Part shown: piece by piece, positions 11,360-27,069 of the stretch
How positions within the stretch are numbered: the first letter of the stretch is position 1
How the letters are laid out: each line of letters opens with the position of its first letter
Source of the DNA: Eledone cirrhosa
Lineage: Eukaryota
Direction: 5' to 3'
Assembly (NCBI GenBank): GCA_964016885.1
Contig: OZ024742.1
Span: forward strand, 67,146,001-67,210,000
DNA length: 64,000 bases
Program-made: the position numbers and the translations under genes
The notes under the pieces: generated by a model
Told to the model about the DNA's origin: nothing
Databases searched by the model: none
The model's input: only the letters and a program-made list of their open reading frames with translations

Positions 11360-12805
11360 ATTAAAATAACAGATTAAAGTTTAAGCAAAGAATCGCTGCT
11401 TTCACCCTTAACGGGATCTTCTGAAACTAACAAAGTCAATCTGTAAACGCAGAAGTGGATATGTCAAAAAAGTTGCAACCGGAGGAAGACAGGAAGACGA
11501 TACTTTGGTTCGTGGAAACGTTCCCTGGCAAAGAACGGGAAACAACGAATATAATACGTCTTTAATAGGAGCGGTGAAAAACAATTACACGCAAAGACAG
11601 GAGCACGTTTATGGTATAAAAGAAGTCGTAGACTAATGTTCTCTTAGGTGGTTCATAGAGACGTTCTCTGGCAATGAACAGAAAAAAACGAAGATAATAC
11701 GTCACATGTGGTGCGTGGAGAACAATTGCACGCAAAGATAAAACAACGTAAATGGCATAGCTGAAGTCGTAGAGTAAAATTCTAACTGGGAAACCGAATG
11801 ATTCTCCGCTTCAGAGTTAAGAATAAAGTAAATAAAATACAATACAGAGGTAATTGAAATGAAATAAATACATACACGCGTCCAAATACGTACATACACA
11901 AGCATACGCGAAAACACTCGCCATAGGTATACAAAACCACGCACATATAAATATGTGTGTGTGTGTGAGTGTATACAAATAAATAAATAATTAAATAAAC
12001 GTATATAAATAAATAAATACGTATATAACAAGCGCACACATATACCTACATGTAAATACACAAATGTTCGGAGACCTACGTCAACCAAAACATGAAGAAC
12101 ACATATACATACACCCAACATACGTACGAACCCGCATACTCAAACACAGACGCAAAACTCCCGTATACACATAACCAAAAGCATATGTACCACCAGAATA
12201 TATAAAAATATACGCCATAACATATACAATCAAATATACGTACGAGAAAGTATACGTACCTTCACAAAACATACAGGTAATATATACTTACCTATGCAAA
12301 TAAGTAATGGTATAAAAATAACATATACTTAGCTACCACATCAAGACGTAAAATATCCATCGTACTATCTGTCAGGGTATAATGTGGGGCTGTAATACAG
12401 GAAAGTTTTGTGCAAGTTATGTTTACAAGCCGAAATTGCCTCTGATTTTCTATTTAAGATATCTGTTGCGTAGAGTATTTCCAGGGCCTCAGCGGCGCAG
12501 AGGTCACGTGGTCTTTTATTTCCGTTATACCATCTAGCCCTAGCTAGGATCTCCCAGTGTAACCTATATTGGGTGTGGTTGTCTTTTAGACTCCAGATAG
12601 AAGCTGAAAGTGACGTCATATTCCTTCTTAGAGCGTAACGAAAAGAATGGGTATGCATGTAAAGACGCTGCTTGAATCTATTGGCGGTTAAACCTATGTA
12701 GGCCCTACGGGACGTGGGTGTTTCAACCTTACATTTGTAGACAATGTTACTAGAGAGGCATTTCTCGGATAGGGGGCAATCAACCCGATTCCTACAATTA
12801 CAGTT
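11360..12805 (-). mobile_element. PLE family A second copy (GIY-YIG plus 3' UTR, HHR at 11378-11428)
   Basis: Colinear with 1135-2712. The ORF 12365-12844 contains NCNCRNRVDCPLSEKCLSSNIVYKC...YIGLTANRFKQRLYMH. Confidence 0.9.
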
Positions 12806-13085
12806 TTTTCCCGTTCTTAGCCAGGGAACGTTTCCACAAACCAAAGTATCGTCTTCCTGTCTTCCCTCGATTGCAACATTTTTTTGAAATATCCACTTCT
12901 GCGTTTACAGATTGACTTTATTAGTTTCAGAAGATCCCGTTAAGGGTAAAAGCAGCGATTCTTTGCGTAAACTTTAATCTGTTATTTTAATAAATATTTG
13001 CTCTACGGTTCTTATATATTTGATATATATTTATCCTTATCGAGCCCTCTTTGGATTTTAGTCTTCAAATTTATTATTATTACTA
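12806..13085 (+). mobile_element. Inverted pLTR of family A with HHR (12923-12973) and 3' tail
   Basis: Reverse complement of 11360-11540, extended by the tail ...gagccctctttggattttagtcttcaaatttattattattac. Confidence 0.9.
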
Positions 13086-14177
13086 TATATATACATATAT
13101 ATATACACACACACACACAGATATATATATATATACATACTTACACACACACACACACATATATATATAACATAAAACATTCTGACACATACAAGTATAT
13201 TCGCATACATACAAATACTCACGAATACACGCATGTACACAAAAAACATTACACCCATGCACACACGAACAATACTAAACACTCACCGACATAGTCTTGG
13301 ATATACGAATTCATACACACATACATAAACATATACACACTCATACAACAACATACACATATATACACTTGCCCGTACACATACAAACACTACAGAGGGC
13401 TCACACATAAATATACAATAACACGTACGTTCTCACACATGCACATATAAAAAACACAGAAATCGTCAGAGACACACGTGCATACACGAACACACATTCA
13501 TAGTAGCATACACACACACGTGAACAGAAAAACACACAACTGACTCACAGAGACAAGCTGACACATGTACGCGCATATCCATCTATGATACACAAACTCC
13601 ACACAGACACAGAAACAATAATGTACTCTCATCAGAATGCACCCCATCCGTTCATACGTAGCAACACCAATACACACTTGGACCCCCCCCTCAGCTCCCA
13701 CATCCGGATGCCGGACTACTAGCCTACCACACTCAGTGTTCTTAACACGTATTTTCGAAACTCCAATATTCCAATTTTCTCTCTCTCACTCTCCCAACTC
13801 GCCGTTTACCGACAAAGATCTTCAGTCCTTAACAGCAAAATCTCCTCTAATCTTTCCTACGAGTGAGGCTAATAACAACTGTATTTTTGCATCTCTGTTC
13901 TTGTCTTGTCATTTCTTGAAATAAACACACACACACACACACTCACACACACACACACACACACCCCATACACACACACACATACGCACGCACCCACAGA
14001 CACACACACACACACACACATTAACACACATATATATATATATGTATATATATATAATACATATATATATTTTTTTTATGTATATTTATTGGCTTCCTCT
14101 ACTAGTTTCGCAGTTCTGCTTTTCAAAAGTAGAATTGAGATGGGGGGTTTGTGGTTTTGTATATATATATATATATA

Positions 14178-14322
14178 AAACGAAGGAGATGTGGTAAGGA
14201 GCCTGGTGGACCGTAACGTACCAGAGTACTCAATACTTAGGGCAGTAGAGTGGGTAATAGGAAAATGTTTAACCCCGACGGCAGAGCTCAAGCCGCTTTG
14301 ACGGCTATTTATGGACTAAATT
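14178..14322 (-). mobile_element. pLTR-like fragment family D carrying the 3' half of a hammerhead
   Basis: Minus strand ...gccgtc(G)AAA-cggcttgagctctgcc-GTC-gggg. Related copies at 32085-32205, 35366-35508 and 57085-57178, each abutting (TA)n. Confidence 0.65.
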
Positions 14323-14947
14323 ATATATATATATAAGATTGTGTGGGTGTATGTGTGTACATGTGTTTGCGTATGTGTGGGAAAGTATATGCTGAGTTAT
14401 ACATTTAGGTAAGAATTTAGAGATATATTGTACAACACAAACTACCGACAAAAAAAAAAAGGAAATCGGATGAAGTTTGAGTGAGATGAATGAGTGAGTT
14501 GAATGATTTAGATGAATGTCTTTGTCGTAGAGACAAGGTAGAACTGGTCGATGCCTGGGTCCCATTCCAATATTTTCTTACACGTTGGATCGATTATCTC
14601 CCCATTATATATTCGATACCGCACTGCTTATATATTATTTAATCTATTTTCCTCTCGGCATCTTTTTAGATCACGAAAATGCAGTTCTTCTTTGGCTAAT
14701 CATTGTGCACCATAATATCCCTGTTGCCTTAATATCGATTTTCACAATTAATTCAATTTGGTTTTGTATTTTGTTTTTAAACCTCCCTTTGGTCTTTTTG
14801 GTGTTGTTTTCATTGCAATTGTATTTGATGTTGCTGTTGTTATTCTGTGCACATGATTTATGTGTGCGTGGGTCTCTACATTGCTATCAAATTCCAGCTA
14901 TCGAATATAGCTGGTTCAACTGTACCTTGAATTAGACACCCATGTCA

Positions 14948-14990
<43 letters not shown>

Positions 14991-15204
14991 AGAAAATGTC
15001 TTTCAAACGCAGATGACTATAATAAAAGGTGGTCACTATAAATGATAGTTGATGAAATCAGTAAAGGGAATCAAAAGAAAAATGTGGACAGCAAAGCTTG
15101 CAGGGAATAGAACATTGTTTCATTTCTATCCCAGCCCATATATGCATGAACCATTATATGAATACATAACGTCCATTTCTCCCCCACCACCCCTCTCTCT
15201 CTCA

Positions 15205-15331
<127 letters not shown>

Positions 15332-16689
15332 TGTCAACTGCAATCGGTTTATAGAGAAACGTAACAGCAGAGATTCTCCGAGAGCCACAGTTAATGCCCT
15401 TTGCTCAAGGTCTAGCAAATAAATAACACTTTTGATAAAGTAGTTCTTTATCTGGAATAAATAAATAAACAAAATGTTAATGATGATAAATTAGCAAATT
15501 CGTTGCAGAAAATACAAAGTAAATACAATAGAGATGTTAAAATAATGCCAACAGCATTCCCAAAGCGACAAGAGAATATTTCTCGAGACTATTCAAGCAG
15601 CTAGAAACAGCAGCCTTATCTCTCATGAAAAGAAATGTTGGATATTGTAAATTAGAATGTAAAAATATAAGAGGAAAAACACTTATTCATAGTTACCTGC
15701 ATATTGGTGTCATCCCTGAAGAATTAAATATATTTTCATATTTCCTCTGTGACAACTATGCAGATGATATTTTAATTTCTATCTTAACTCGGAAAGCTAC
15801 TAATTAGCGACCAGAGACTATGTGTTAGTTACGGGTATATGTTAGATACGGGGTTCGAGTCACCCCTGCGTATCAGTCAACATTGTAACTTATCCTGTGG
15901 TTTTTACAGAACCTTATTCATATTTTAGAGGCTTCCTCAAAACTATTTCCAAATTAAAATAAAATCCCAATCCTTCGTAAGAGAAACAAACGTTACACGT
16001 CTAGGTTAAAATTTGAACATCTAAAAGAGTGTAATCAGTAGTTTGATGGACTTTCATTCAAAGGCCATCGTGTATACGGCAGATTCCTGTGTTGATTTCC
16101 GCAAGCTATTCAGTCACAATTTTCCATTTTCAGAAATAATTTACCAGATTTAACTATTATTTATAGTTATCTACATTGAGACTACTCTCACTCACAAGCA
16201 GAAATATTTGTAGATTTTTAACTTTTCCCAATAATTCCTAAATGGACCAGTTGTAATTATTACTTCTAGCTTAAAATTTAAAACATTTAGAAGACGTTAA
16301 TTGGCGGCCAGATTACAGTTGGTGTAAAGGTTTAACACGAGCGACCAAAACACGGTTGAGATGTGGTTCGGTGACCGCTAAATCAGTGATTAATGTGCAG
16401 CGGGAGAGGAGGGGAAAAGGAGAAGGGGATGAAGAAGAAGAATAGAAGGAAACAGAAGCAGGGAAAGAATTATACTAGTGGCAAATGAAAGGGGAAGGTG
16501 AAAGCAGGGTTTATTTGGGTAAGCAGAAGGGAGTATAGGAATAATTCTAAAGAAAACCTTTTTATACGCATGACTTGTTTTGGTCAAGTAAGTTGATAAC
16601 ATTTTTCATGCCGTATTATGTGTATGTCAAGGGGTTTTCACAGGACTGCAACTATAACGATTAAGGTGGTGATTATGTGGTAATAATGC

Positions 16690-17062
16690 TTTGGCAGTTT
16701 CGGCAGAGCGTCAGACACCATGATTTGCAGCATAGATATGGCCCTTTGCGTTCTGATTTCAAATCCGCCAAGGTTAACTTTGCCTTTCATCCTTACGAGG
16801 TCTATAAAATAAAGTACCAGTGATGCACTGGTTGATTGCTGGACTTGTGTCAAAAGTAGAAACTCTTTAAGGGCGGTGAATTGGCAGTATCGGTAAAGGG
16901 TTGGAGGCCCTGCTTTCTAACATAGTTACGTCCCCTTATGTTCTGAGTTCAAATCCCGTCAAGGTTAACTTTGCCTTTCATCCTTACGGTGTCTATAAAA
17001 TAAAGTACCAGTAATGCACTGGGTAATTGCTGGTCTTCTGCCAAAAGTAGAAACAATTATTA
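16690..17062 (+). mobile_element. Two tandem SINE family 1 copies
   Basis: aggttaactttgcctttcatccttacg.ggtctataaaataaagtaccag occurs twice (about 16770 and 16960). Confidence 0.85.
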
Positions 17063-17796
17063 ACATTATTAATGTAACTTCTTCTTCTTCTTCTTCTTCT
17101 TAGGAGTGTGGAAATAAAGGAACATGGAGAGAGAGGGGGTGAGAGAGGAGGAGAGAAGAGAGAGGGGGGGGAGACAGGGGGAGAAATCATTAACAAACAA
17201 TCATAAGGTAGGACAAAATTTGCGTGTGTTATTCAGCATAATGAAAGGAAATTATGCAGAAAAGAATTGCATTGGAAGCAAATTAAAGAACAGTAGACAC
17301 AAACAGAGGCTTTGTATTGATATGCTTTTCACCTGGTGGTTCAGTAACTGATGATATCATTACATTCCATATAACAAATAGATTCTATGGCATCATGGGG
17401 TTCATGCGAAACGGCAACACGTTTAAAATAAATTTTAAAAAGTGTTAAATATCCTTACAATACTAAAGAATAGGATGAATACGACGTAGGAATACAGTAG
17501 CTATGAGTGCAGTACCGAAGATTATCACACATAGCAATAGGATGGCATGACCAAGAAATCCGCTGAATTCATGCAGCGCATGAAAGATAAAACGCCGAAC
17601 TGTTCAGAATTTAACACGATTGAAAAATAAAGACAATAATTGCTGGAATGTTCATTGAAATGAAGAAACAGCAGTAAAATAATTAACTAATACGACTTAT
17701 AACAAAGACATGTCTGGAAGCGACGAAAGCAAAATCATTACGTCATTGAAGCTTTTCAAATTCATGTCGACTAATCTAACGCACATAGATTTTGTC

Positions 17797-17825
<29 letters not shown>

Positions 17826-17828
<3 letters not shown>

Positions 17829-18187
17829 TTATATTTTGGGAGGGTCATGATGCCAATAAAAAACGCACGCACCTGTCGGAATTTCTTCAATTTATTATAA
17901 ACAACCAGTCGTTTAGTTTAATAATCGGATGGTGGTATAGTTCTTTGTAGTTATTCTGTGTCGCTTCTTTGTTCACCATCTTAGTTTTGCGAGATGTTTA
18001 CACAAAATAACTATAAAAGTAGTCATTGAGGAGGTCACAGAATGTGTGACAATTGGGCTTCGATATTCCACAACAACTGAACAACCATACGTTTATTAAA
18101 CTAACCGATTGAGATAATAAATTGAAGTGAAATTCAACAGTTGCGCGTGTTTTTATTGGCATCATGACCTGCCCAAAGTATAAGAAT
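17826..18187. mobile_element. MITE-like or fold-back element with about 110-bp inverted arms
   Basis: tttggg.gggtcatgatgccaataaaaa pairs with tttttattggcatcatgacctgcccaaa. Confidence 0.6.
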
Positions 18188-19936
18188 ATCTCTTTCAACA
18201 CATGTTTTCAGGTAAGAAATCTTGCAAAACAATATATATATATATATGGGACCCAACTCTAATCATGGTTGTCAACTTTTCACCCATAATAAAGATGAGA
18301 GGCACGTCTAACATTATTTGTCATTGTTCTCTTTTGTGTAGTATAGGTTATTTTGACGCAAATGTAACCAAACATGCCCCCATTGTTTACACAAGTATTA
18401 TACATAACGACTGAGGTTGAAATAGCTAAATTGCAAGGAGTCCTGAAACACTGTACGATTTGAAAATTAAATGATTAATATTTGAAAATTAAATGATTAA
18501 AATGAAATGATTTGAAAACTAAATAAATAATATGATGTAATATGAAAAGATTATTGCAGCATATTACTTTAAAATAGTTGACAACGTCTAGCTGATGCAA
18601 GATGGACAATTACTGCATCATACAACTCACATCTAGTGGTATTACTTGGAAAAAAGAAGTTTGATTACTGTTCACGTTCATTTGATCGTCAAAAATACAA
18701 ATATTAACCTTCACTGTTATAAGCAAGAACATATTTTACAATATTTCTTCAATCGTTCACTGGTTTTTACACGTTTTCTCTTAATTTCATCAAAAACAAA
18801 AATGCTGCCTTTGTGCTAAATCTTAAAAACAAAAGCTCAATTTTTAATAAGTATTATTTTCGGGTTCAGCGCCCCAAAAGTAGTAAATATCAACTTGTTT
18901 GTAATTTCGTTGTATACTAGTTTTACTCCTAAGCAATCGGGCATTTGGTTCTTGTAATATATTTGATGCTATATTTGATTGTATTACTCGCTAATATATC
19001 TAATAAGGAATAAACAAATATTTCTTTAAACTTTAATTTAACTATGTTAAGTGTTTAAACAATGCACACTGACAAAAGCATGCATGTTGTTCATAAACAT
19101 CCGAACACACATATTCAGACAGAAACAAATTTATCTACGTATATTGGTACGGACAATGAGGTGCGCACACACAGATACACACATGCATGTATAAGTGTGA
19201 GTGTTTTGTATGTGTGACTGTGTTGTAAATAATGTAGTTCGACCCTGTACACTTACTATAAATGTCAACATTTTCTACTGAGACAGTATAAAGACTGACA
19301 GAAAATATTAAATATCAAACAATGACAAACCATCTACAATGATTATGTTAGACACAATATAGATTAGTATTTCCAGACCTGGTACGATTTTGATGTTACA
19401 CAGATATACAGAAAAGAATATTCGGAGAAATGCGAATCTATCTAGGGGTGCAATATTTTCAAAGACATGCTCCAGCCCATCACCTCCAGCCATCACATAT
19501 CCTGAAGTACCTCGTCTCATACTACCTAATGATAGGCTTTCCTCATTCAGTTACCACTCCTCATTTCATTACATATGTTTTATCAAACACTACAGGAAAC
19601 GCACGAACCACTTCGATTAGCCGACACAGCAATGTGTATCACTCCTCTGGAATTTGCTTCCAACAACATATACTGGATGCCCTTGGATTTTATCAATGTT
19701 AATGGCATCACTGGGAGCAAATTCTTAATCTATCGCCCCTTCTCGGGTGAGCAATCGTGTAGGTTGTTGTGAATTAAACTATATACAGTGATGTATGTCA
19801 TGTGCTCATTTATAGACCTAAATGTTTCCAAACACCTAGATTACATTGTGTTTTATAATATTCAAAACAAATTTTATTTTTCTGATATGAGTTGTATTCA
19901 TTGTAAAAGGTCATTACACAAGTCATTACTTTTATA

Positions 19937-20148
19937 TAGGGTGACCACTGAAAGTCTAAATGATATAAAACAAACATAACCTTTACAAACACGTTTTTTT
20001 TAAAATCTTTTTATTATTTTATTTGGAAATATAAGTAATGGTTTTTTCCAGTATTATGTGTGAAAAACAAAGTATACTCTATAACGTGCAAAAAAAAAAA
20101 ATAAATAAAAAATATTGAAAACGAACAAGTTTTTCAGTGGCCACCCTG
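19937..20148. mobile_element. Tc1/mariner-type MITE
   Basis: TIRs (c)agggtgaccactgaaa and tttcagtggccaccctg with TA on both sides. Confidence 0.75.
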
Positions 20149-23100
20149 TACTACTGTTTACCCGGTCCAACTTGTATCAATAAACTATTTTGCTAATGTT
20201 TATTGTATTATGTATTACATAAGTTCAAACACTCTGACTATAATAGATTTAGACCTTACTCTGAAGTGAGTCGTTTTCTCAATATGAACCCCAAATTGTA
20301 CGCTTCCAAAAGATGTTAAGTTTTGTTTTCCACGTTGAAGATTAATATAAAAAACAAAGCAATTCGACAGCTTTAAAAAAAGCAAACGATCGAAAAGTGT
20401 TCATGTCAAATGGCGTCATAGAGGATTGAGAACAACAAAAGGACACAAAATAAGTAATTTACAAAGCACAATACAAAATTGGATTTTCTTTTCCAACTGC
20501 ATTGTGCACAATATTAAAATATTAATGAAAGACCTAATGGTTTTGTATTCGTCTCCAAAAAATTGAATTTTCTATGACCCATTTCTGGAAGAGCGTATGA
20601 ACGATAGAACAAGGAAAATGTTAACAACATTGACTTAAGAAATGAGACATTCAGATTAGTTTGATGCATACAGGTGCATTACAAACGTAATGAACAGCAT
20701 CTTATTCATTTATCTTCAACGGGAAAAAATAATTCTGACTCCATGGATTTCAGGATGGAGAGGTAAGTAGAACCCGACACAGAAAAAGATCGAGTATGAA
20801 CTTCACAAGAAGTATCTTTAGATAGGTATCGATGAAACGTGGAATTTGATACATAAGGGATGCGTAGTTTCTCAAATTAAGAATAGAAATATTAGTCGTG
20901 TTTAATGTATGTCATACACCTGCCCATAATTTATTTCTGTAACATTTTTGACGACTGAACACGAGGGTTAAGTAAAATACTAAATAGACGACGTCACCTC
21001 TGGTTACTGGTCAACTTCAACAATATATTGAGAGGTGAACAATATTGATGTAGATTTTGGGCAATGCTGTGCAGTCGAAACTATTGTCATAATAAGCAAT
21101 GCCAACACATAGACACGTTTCTGGAAAGCGAAAAGGAGCTGGAGTGGTACATTGAAGTAAAAACCGGGAGATCAGAAGAATAATTTGTTAAAGAATCAGA
21201 ATCACTACCCAAGTTAAGGCACACACAATTCAGAGAGATAAACCTATATTGCAGTGCGGGTATTAGTGTAGGTAAGATGTTATCGCACGGGATCCTGTAT
21301 CCTTGCATGAAAACTTTCTGCACGGGTGAACCAGAGAAATAGCTATAGTTTCAATACCGTATAAAAGTGAGGATTGCCTATGCCTCCAAGGGATCAGCTT
21401 AAAAGGGGAATGAAGGGTATCTAATCCAATGATAGGTCGACATTTACAATGTCTTATTAATAATGTTCAGTACGCCTTGTTAAGTGACACGTCAGACAGA
21501 AATAGAAAGGGAATCATCTGCTCATAACCTCTTACTATATGTTATGAACAATGGTACATTAGAGGATAAGAATTAGATGAATGTGTAGCATTCAAAAGTT
21601 AGAAATGGAAAGATCCAGCTCCCATATATGCAAAATAGGGCCGCTTACAATAGAAAGGAAGTAGAATGCGAAATTTTCAACTCAGCGATGATCATATCAA
21701 GTGATATGTGCTATAAGGGGTCATGCGAATATCCAATATTTCCCCACTGAAACGAATCGTTGACGTAATGAAAAGCAATGTAAAGACGAAAATAAGGCCG
21801 GGTTTATAGCGAACCGAAAAACTAAATTGTTTGATGAAAAATATATTCCTAATAACTGGGAATATGTTTAATTATTAAGTATAACTTCCCAATATGTATA
21901 TTTGAAATATTTAAGCTCCCTATAAGAAATGTTAGAAGAATTCTGGAGAGACGGTGAAGATGACAGTATTTCAATATTTGATTTACAACTAGCATGCCAA
22001 CATTAATTTTTATTTTACATGAAGCTAGAAATGAAACACTCACCTGTGCATTTGGATGTACCACATTTTAATATTTGGAGCTGTACGCAGAATGAAAGCT
22101 AGCATGCATAACGTGCGAGGGTAAGCTTATAACACTTTCCCAAGAAATAAATATCATTTCTCCTCAAAACAAATATAAACGAACTGAAGGAAATCGATGG
22201 GAGTAGCAATGTTTATATTGTGTAGGTGTTCAGCAATTTGGTGGAAAAAGGAAATGACTGAAACTTGTATGATTGCTCAGACAGTGTACAATATATGCAA
22301 ATATGCAACACTGAATATAGCATACTTGATGACGAATGGGGGAGCAACATTGACCAGGCTGCTACGTCCTGAACTTTCCCATGTTTACACAGCTATCTGT
22401 AAGTGACCTGTCGTATTATGTTGTTGTTGTTTTTTATGAATTAGATTATAAATTGCTTTAGATTCATATAATCTAATGTATATTTAATTTTAATAGCGTT
22501 CAACTCTCCCCTTCTTTTGTAGAAGTTCATCATGTGCTTATGCATATTTTTAGCACCCATCAGTTAGTGCTTTTACCATATATGAATTGTTCTGGCGAAT
22601 ATGGAACAATCATTACCAATATTGTTATCCTTATTACAAATAGAGGTTACGATACCTAATCTCTTTAGCAGGCAATGTGATAATATCGATTCAATCAGAA
22701 AATACATCATCCCAAAATTTCGACCATGTTAGTGACGAAATCTGATAAATGATCTCACTACTTTAAACAAATATGCATGTGATTTTTGAGAACATTATGT
22801 AGAATATTTACATAAAGTCAAGACCCCGGAACAATTTACATAATGATTCAAACAAATTTGTTTACATTACTATTCCATCAATTAAAATTGACTCCATATT
22901 CAATATGCACATACTTCTATTTTATCTATGGAAATGTGTTATTCCTTGTAAATATTTCTCAACTGCAGTCAAAGTTTCCAAAAGTTCTGTGATGTCATAT
23001 TTCCAAAGCTTCATTCAAATATCATGAATAAATTGTCATTTTGCATTCAAGAGATTAAAACCAGCTGTGGATTTACACGACCCGCTGACACAAGTTAATG

Positions 23101-24234
23101 GTTCATAATTGATGACAAGTTTAGATTCAGTTGACAACCTGTCACTCGAATGATTGGATGTCGTTTTAATCATTACTCTAGCAATGGAAGCATTAAGGAG
23201 CATACTTTAAACGGCTGGTTTGTTTCAGTTTCCCTAAATTAGAACCAGGTATGATTGCTTAACGAAGTAAAACAAATCGCAGTGCATTAATGGAATTCTG
23301 AACAGGTTACCTAATATAATTTGATGAATCAATACACTAGTGTCTTTTAAAAACAACATACATATTTTCGTTATGAACCATAAAAAGCCATCATAATATG
23401 ATAGAGTGCTATGTGTAGTTAGAATAATACAGTGAGACTCTGTAATTGTTGTAACTGGAAAGTCATATGCTTTTGTCATTGGATTCAGTAAAGTGAACAG
23501 AATTGAGGGGTAAAAAAATCGTTAGAAACATGTGACAGTGTGCAATCTTTAAATATTATTCTATAGATTTATATGGCATACTTCGTTACGGGCAATAAAT
23601 GATTAGCTATAGTTTGCAAAATAAAATGCCCTAACCTAGATGAATGGCAAAACGTCCCTCAAAACGATATTAATTTTGATTGCAGAGTGTCGAACAGCGC
23701 TGATTGAAAGGAATCTATGTAAAACAGATACTAAATGAATAAGCTTGCAGCCTCTTGATAATCATCCATTAGCTTAGGCATAGAAATGTTGTGGGATATC
23801 GAAACGTATGCATCACTTTTTTCATAGGGTAAAACATAAATTTCTAGCAAGAAAAATAGTACTCTAGAGCAAAGGTTCTTAACGGGGGGCTTCGGAGCTC
23901 CAGGGGGGTGGGGGGTTGAATCTTTGGGGAGCGCTGGAAGCCCCTTTAGTTTGGTGAGTTTTATAAGTCATATGTGTACGTCTTTAGACAGCCAGTGTGA
24001 ATGCATTTGAATGAAAGAAGAAAATAAATAAAAGAAAATAAATAAAAGAAGCTTGTCAAAGAATTCCCTATGGAGATAAAAGAAAAAGAAAAGAAATCAA
24101 AGAAAATGAACATAAGAACGTCAACTTTGACAACAGTTACAAGAACAACTTCAACAGAAATGACAACGAAAAGAAGCATTGGTGATGAACATACACACAC
24201 ATACATACGTAAACACATACATACATACATACAT

Positions 24235-26551
24235 CAACCAAGATGCAGTGTGGTCAACCAAGATGCAGTGTGGCTAAGAGAAATCCGTAGGAACTATTGC
24301 TCCTACACTACAACAAAAGCATACGAAATAAGTGAGGGTACCCTTGAGACTGTGATAGTAAAACTCCAAGATAAGAAAACACCAGGAAGAGACATGATTG
24401 TCGGCTACTGGTACAAAAAACTGATATTCTATCGGAGGTATCTTACTGACCTCTACCAACAACTTCTTAAGGGAGATACACCTATAGCAGAATGGTTGAC
24501 ATTAGCACAAACATTACTGGTCCCCCAAACAAAGACACCCACTTGGCAAAAAACTACCGACCCACGACATGCCAGAATCTGATGTATAAGGTGTATACAG
24601 CCTGCCTGAACCTATTCATCCAAGATCACTGTGAAAATAATAACATCAACACAGATGAATAAGCAGCTGGAAAGGAAGGGGATTGGGGATATGCTGAACA
24701 ACTCCTAATCAACAAAACTGCGATGTCGGAGGTGCGACAACTTAGGGGGAATATGGGTACAGTCTGGCTGGACTACAGGAAAGCTTCGATTCTATTACCC
24801 ATTCTTGGATGATAGAGGCCCTCCAACTTGCGAAAGACCCAGACATTATTGTCAGAGCCATAGAGAGGCTGTCTTCTTCTTGGGCTACTATCCTAAAGTT
24901 AAAGACAGAGAGGGAGGACTCTATTTTCACTGATAAAATAAATATATCGCAGGGGTATATTTCAAGGGGACAGGCTCGTGATATTATTCATCTTGCCATT
25001 AAACCCCATGTCCTTTCTGCTCAAGAAATGTGAGGGATATATCATTGGCTCACTGGAAATACGAACCTAACCCATCATTTCTATGTGGATGATCTGAAAC
25101 TCCATGCCAAGAACATGGATGGGATGAAGAAAAACCTTGACCTGGTTACAACGTTCTCAAAGGATATAGGCATGGAGTTTGGCCAAGATAAATGCTCATA
25201 TATGACTGTAAAGCGGGGAAAAACAACAACCCAATCTAGCAACATTGTCATCAATGGCCTAACTGTTTCAGCGATATCTGATAAGGACTGCTACAGATAA
25301 CTGGGGATAGATGAGAACATATCCTATAATGGTATCTGTAATAAAGAACGCGTAACCAGGGAATACTACACCCGATTAAGAAAGATCTGGTCATCGGAAC
25401 TCTCTGCGCAAAAAAAAAACAGTGGCTCACAATATGTTTGCTGTGCCTGTCCTAACACCAACGTTTGTAATACTCAATTGGACGATAGACGAAATCCGAG
25501 CAGTTGATGTTGGAATTCCCTGTGTAATAATCAAAAACTCACACCCAGGGAAGTGGCTCAGCAGTATCGCAGTGAATCCTTGAATGAAAAACTGCATGCT
25601 TATCACCAAAAGACCATGAATGGATATGTTGCCAGGAAGCTCCAGAGTGAGAGTAATATAGATAAGGAAAGAAGTCTATCTTGGACCAATAACAGCTATA
25701 TTAGCTACCACTTTCAAGGATACGCTTTTGCAATGCAAAAATAGGGTATTAACACGAAATACCTGATTCACAAAAGAGATAGCGATGCAGGCAAAACACC
25801 TAGATGTGATAACAAGTGCAGACTCTGTAGAACTAACATCGAGGATATCACCCAGGTCATCAGCAGCTGTCCAAAGATGTCATCGCGTTACTATATACCT
25901 ATGAGGCATGATGTAGTGGCCAAAACACTGTACAATGCAGTTCGTAAAAAAGATAGCCCCGATAATAAACACATTAATAGCTACAGCAATGTGGAAGACA
26001 TCCATGTACATAATAGGAAAGAGTACTGCTGGAATGTTCCAGTGAAAACCCCAATAAAATGCAGGCATAACAGACCAGATATTATGATATGGGACAGGGA
26101 GAAAAAAGCATGCACAGTAGTGGAAATTAGCTGCCCTGCAGATGCCAATATAATATCAAAAAATTAGCGAAATGGAGATTATTTATGCAGAACTAATGAG
26201 AAATCTGCAGATACTCCACCCTGATTACACCTTCAGATTTATGCCTGTGATTATTGGGTCACTGGGGTATGTTAGTAACTGCCTCAATACAAATCTTGAT
26301 AAGCTAGGCTTCACAGGAACAGAAAGAACACAACTAGTTAGGAAATTACAAATACAATCCATTAATGGAACAGTAAAAATATGTAAAACATTCCAAAGAT
26401 TTTGCATCTAATAACTGCATATACACATGTACAAATACAAAGCATATACACATGCAGACATGCATACATAATCTACCTAGTTGATGTTGTGTCTATGTTA
26501 GAAAACGACTGTCCATTGGTAAAAATTTGTGAAATTATAAAACCAGAAGAA
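24235..26551 (+). mobile_element. R4/Dong-clade non-LTR retrotransposon, 5'-truncated and decayed (RT, CCHC finger, restriction-like endonuclease)
   Basis: KTPGRDMIVGYWYKKL, NYRP...NLMYK, VWLDYRKA, YVDDLKL, CRLC...EDITQVISSC, RHDVVA, RPDIMIWD...VVEISCP. Flanked by (CATA)n and (CA)n. 20-bp tandem duplication at the 5' junction. Confidence 0.9.
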
Positions 26552-26558
26552 CATACAC

Positions 26559-26660
<102 letters not shown>

Positions 26661-26670
26661 ACACACACAC

Positions 26671-26743
<73 letters not shown>

Positions 26744-26991
26744 GGCCCGCGTTAGTGTTTGATGAAGTTGAGAACCTGATCAGCTTTCAGCCAGAGCTGT
26801 GGTATTTAATCTCCCAAGGTAATAAAATCTGGAGACAGAATTTTCTCCGTACCCTCCCTAAAAACATAAATGATCACTTCAACATCCTTATACACTTAAA
26901 TATAAATGCCATATATATACAAATGTATAAATAAATGCATAGCTATATACATACGTAAATGTATGTATATATGTATGTAATATGTATGTAG

Positions 26992-27062
<71 letters not shown>

Positions 27063-27069
27063 TACATAC

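Noticed and set aside
17450-17700. Hydrophobic transmembrane-like frames here and at 54355-54450 (minus strand)
   Set aside because: Short, stop-interrupted and with no recognisable family motif.
26765-26815. Possible degenerate hammerhead on the minus strand
   Set aside because: The core is too degraded to support.
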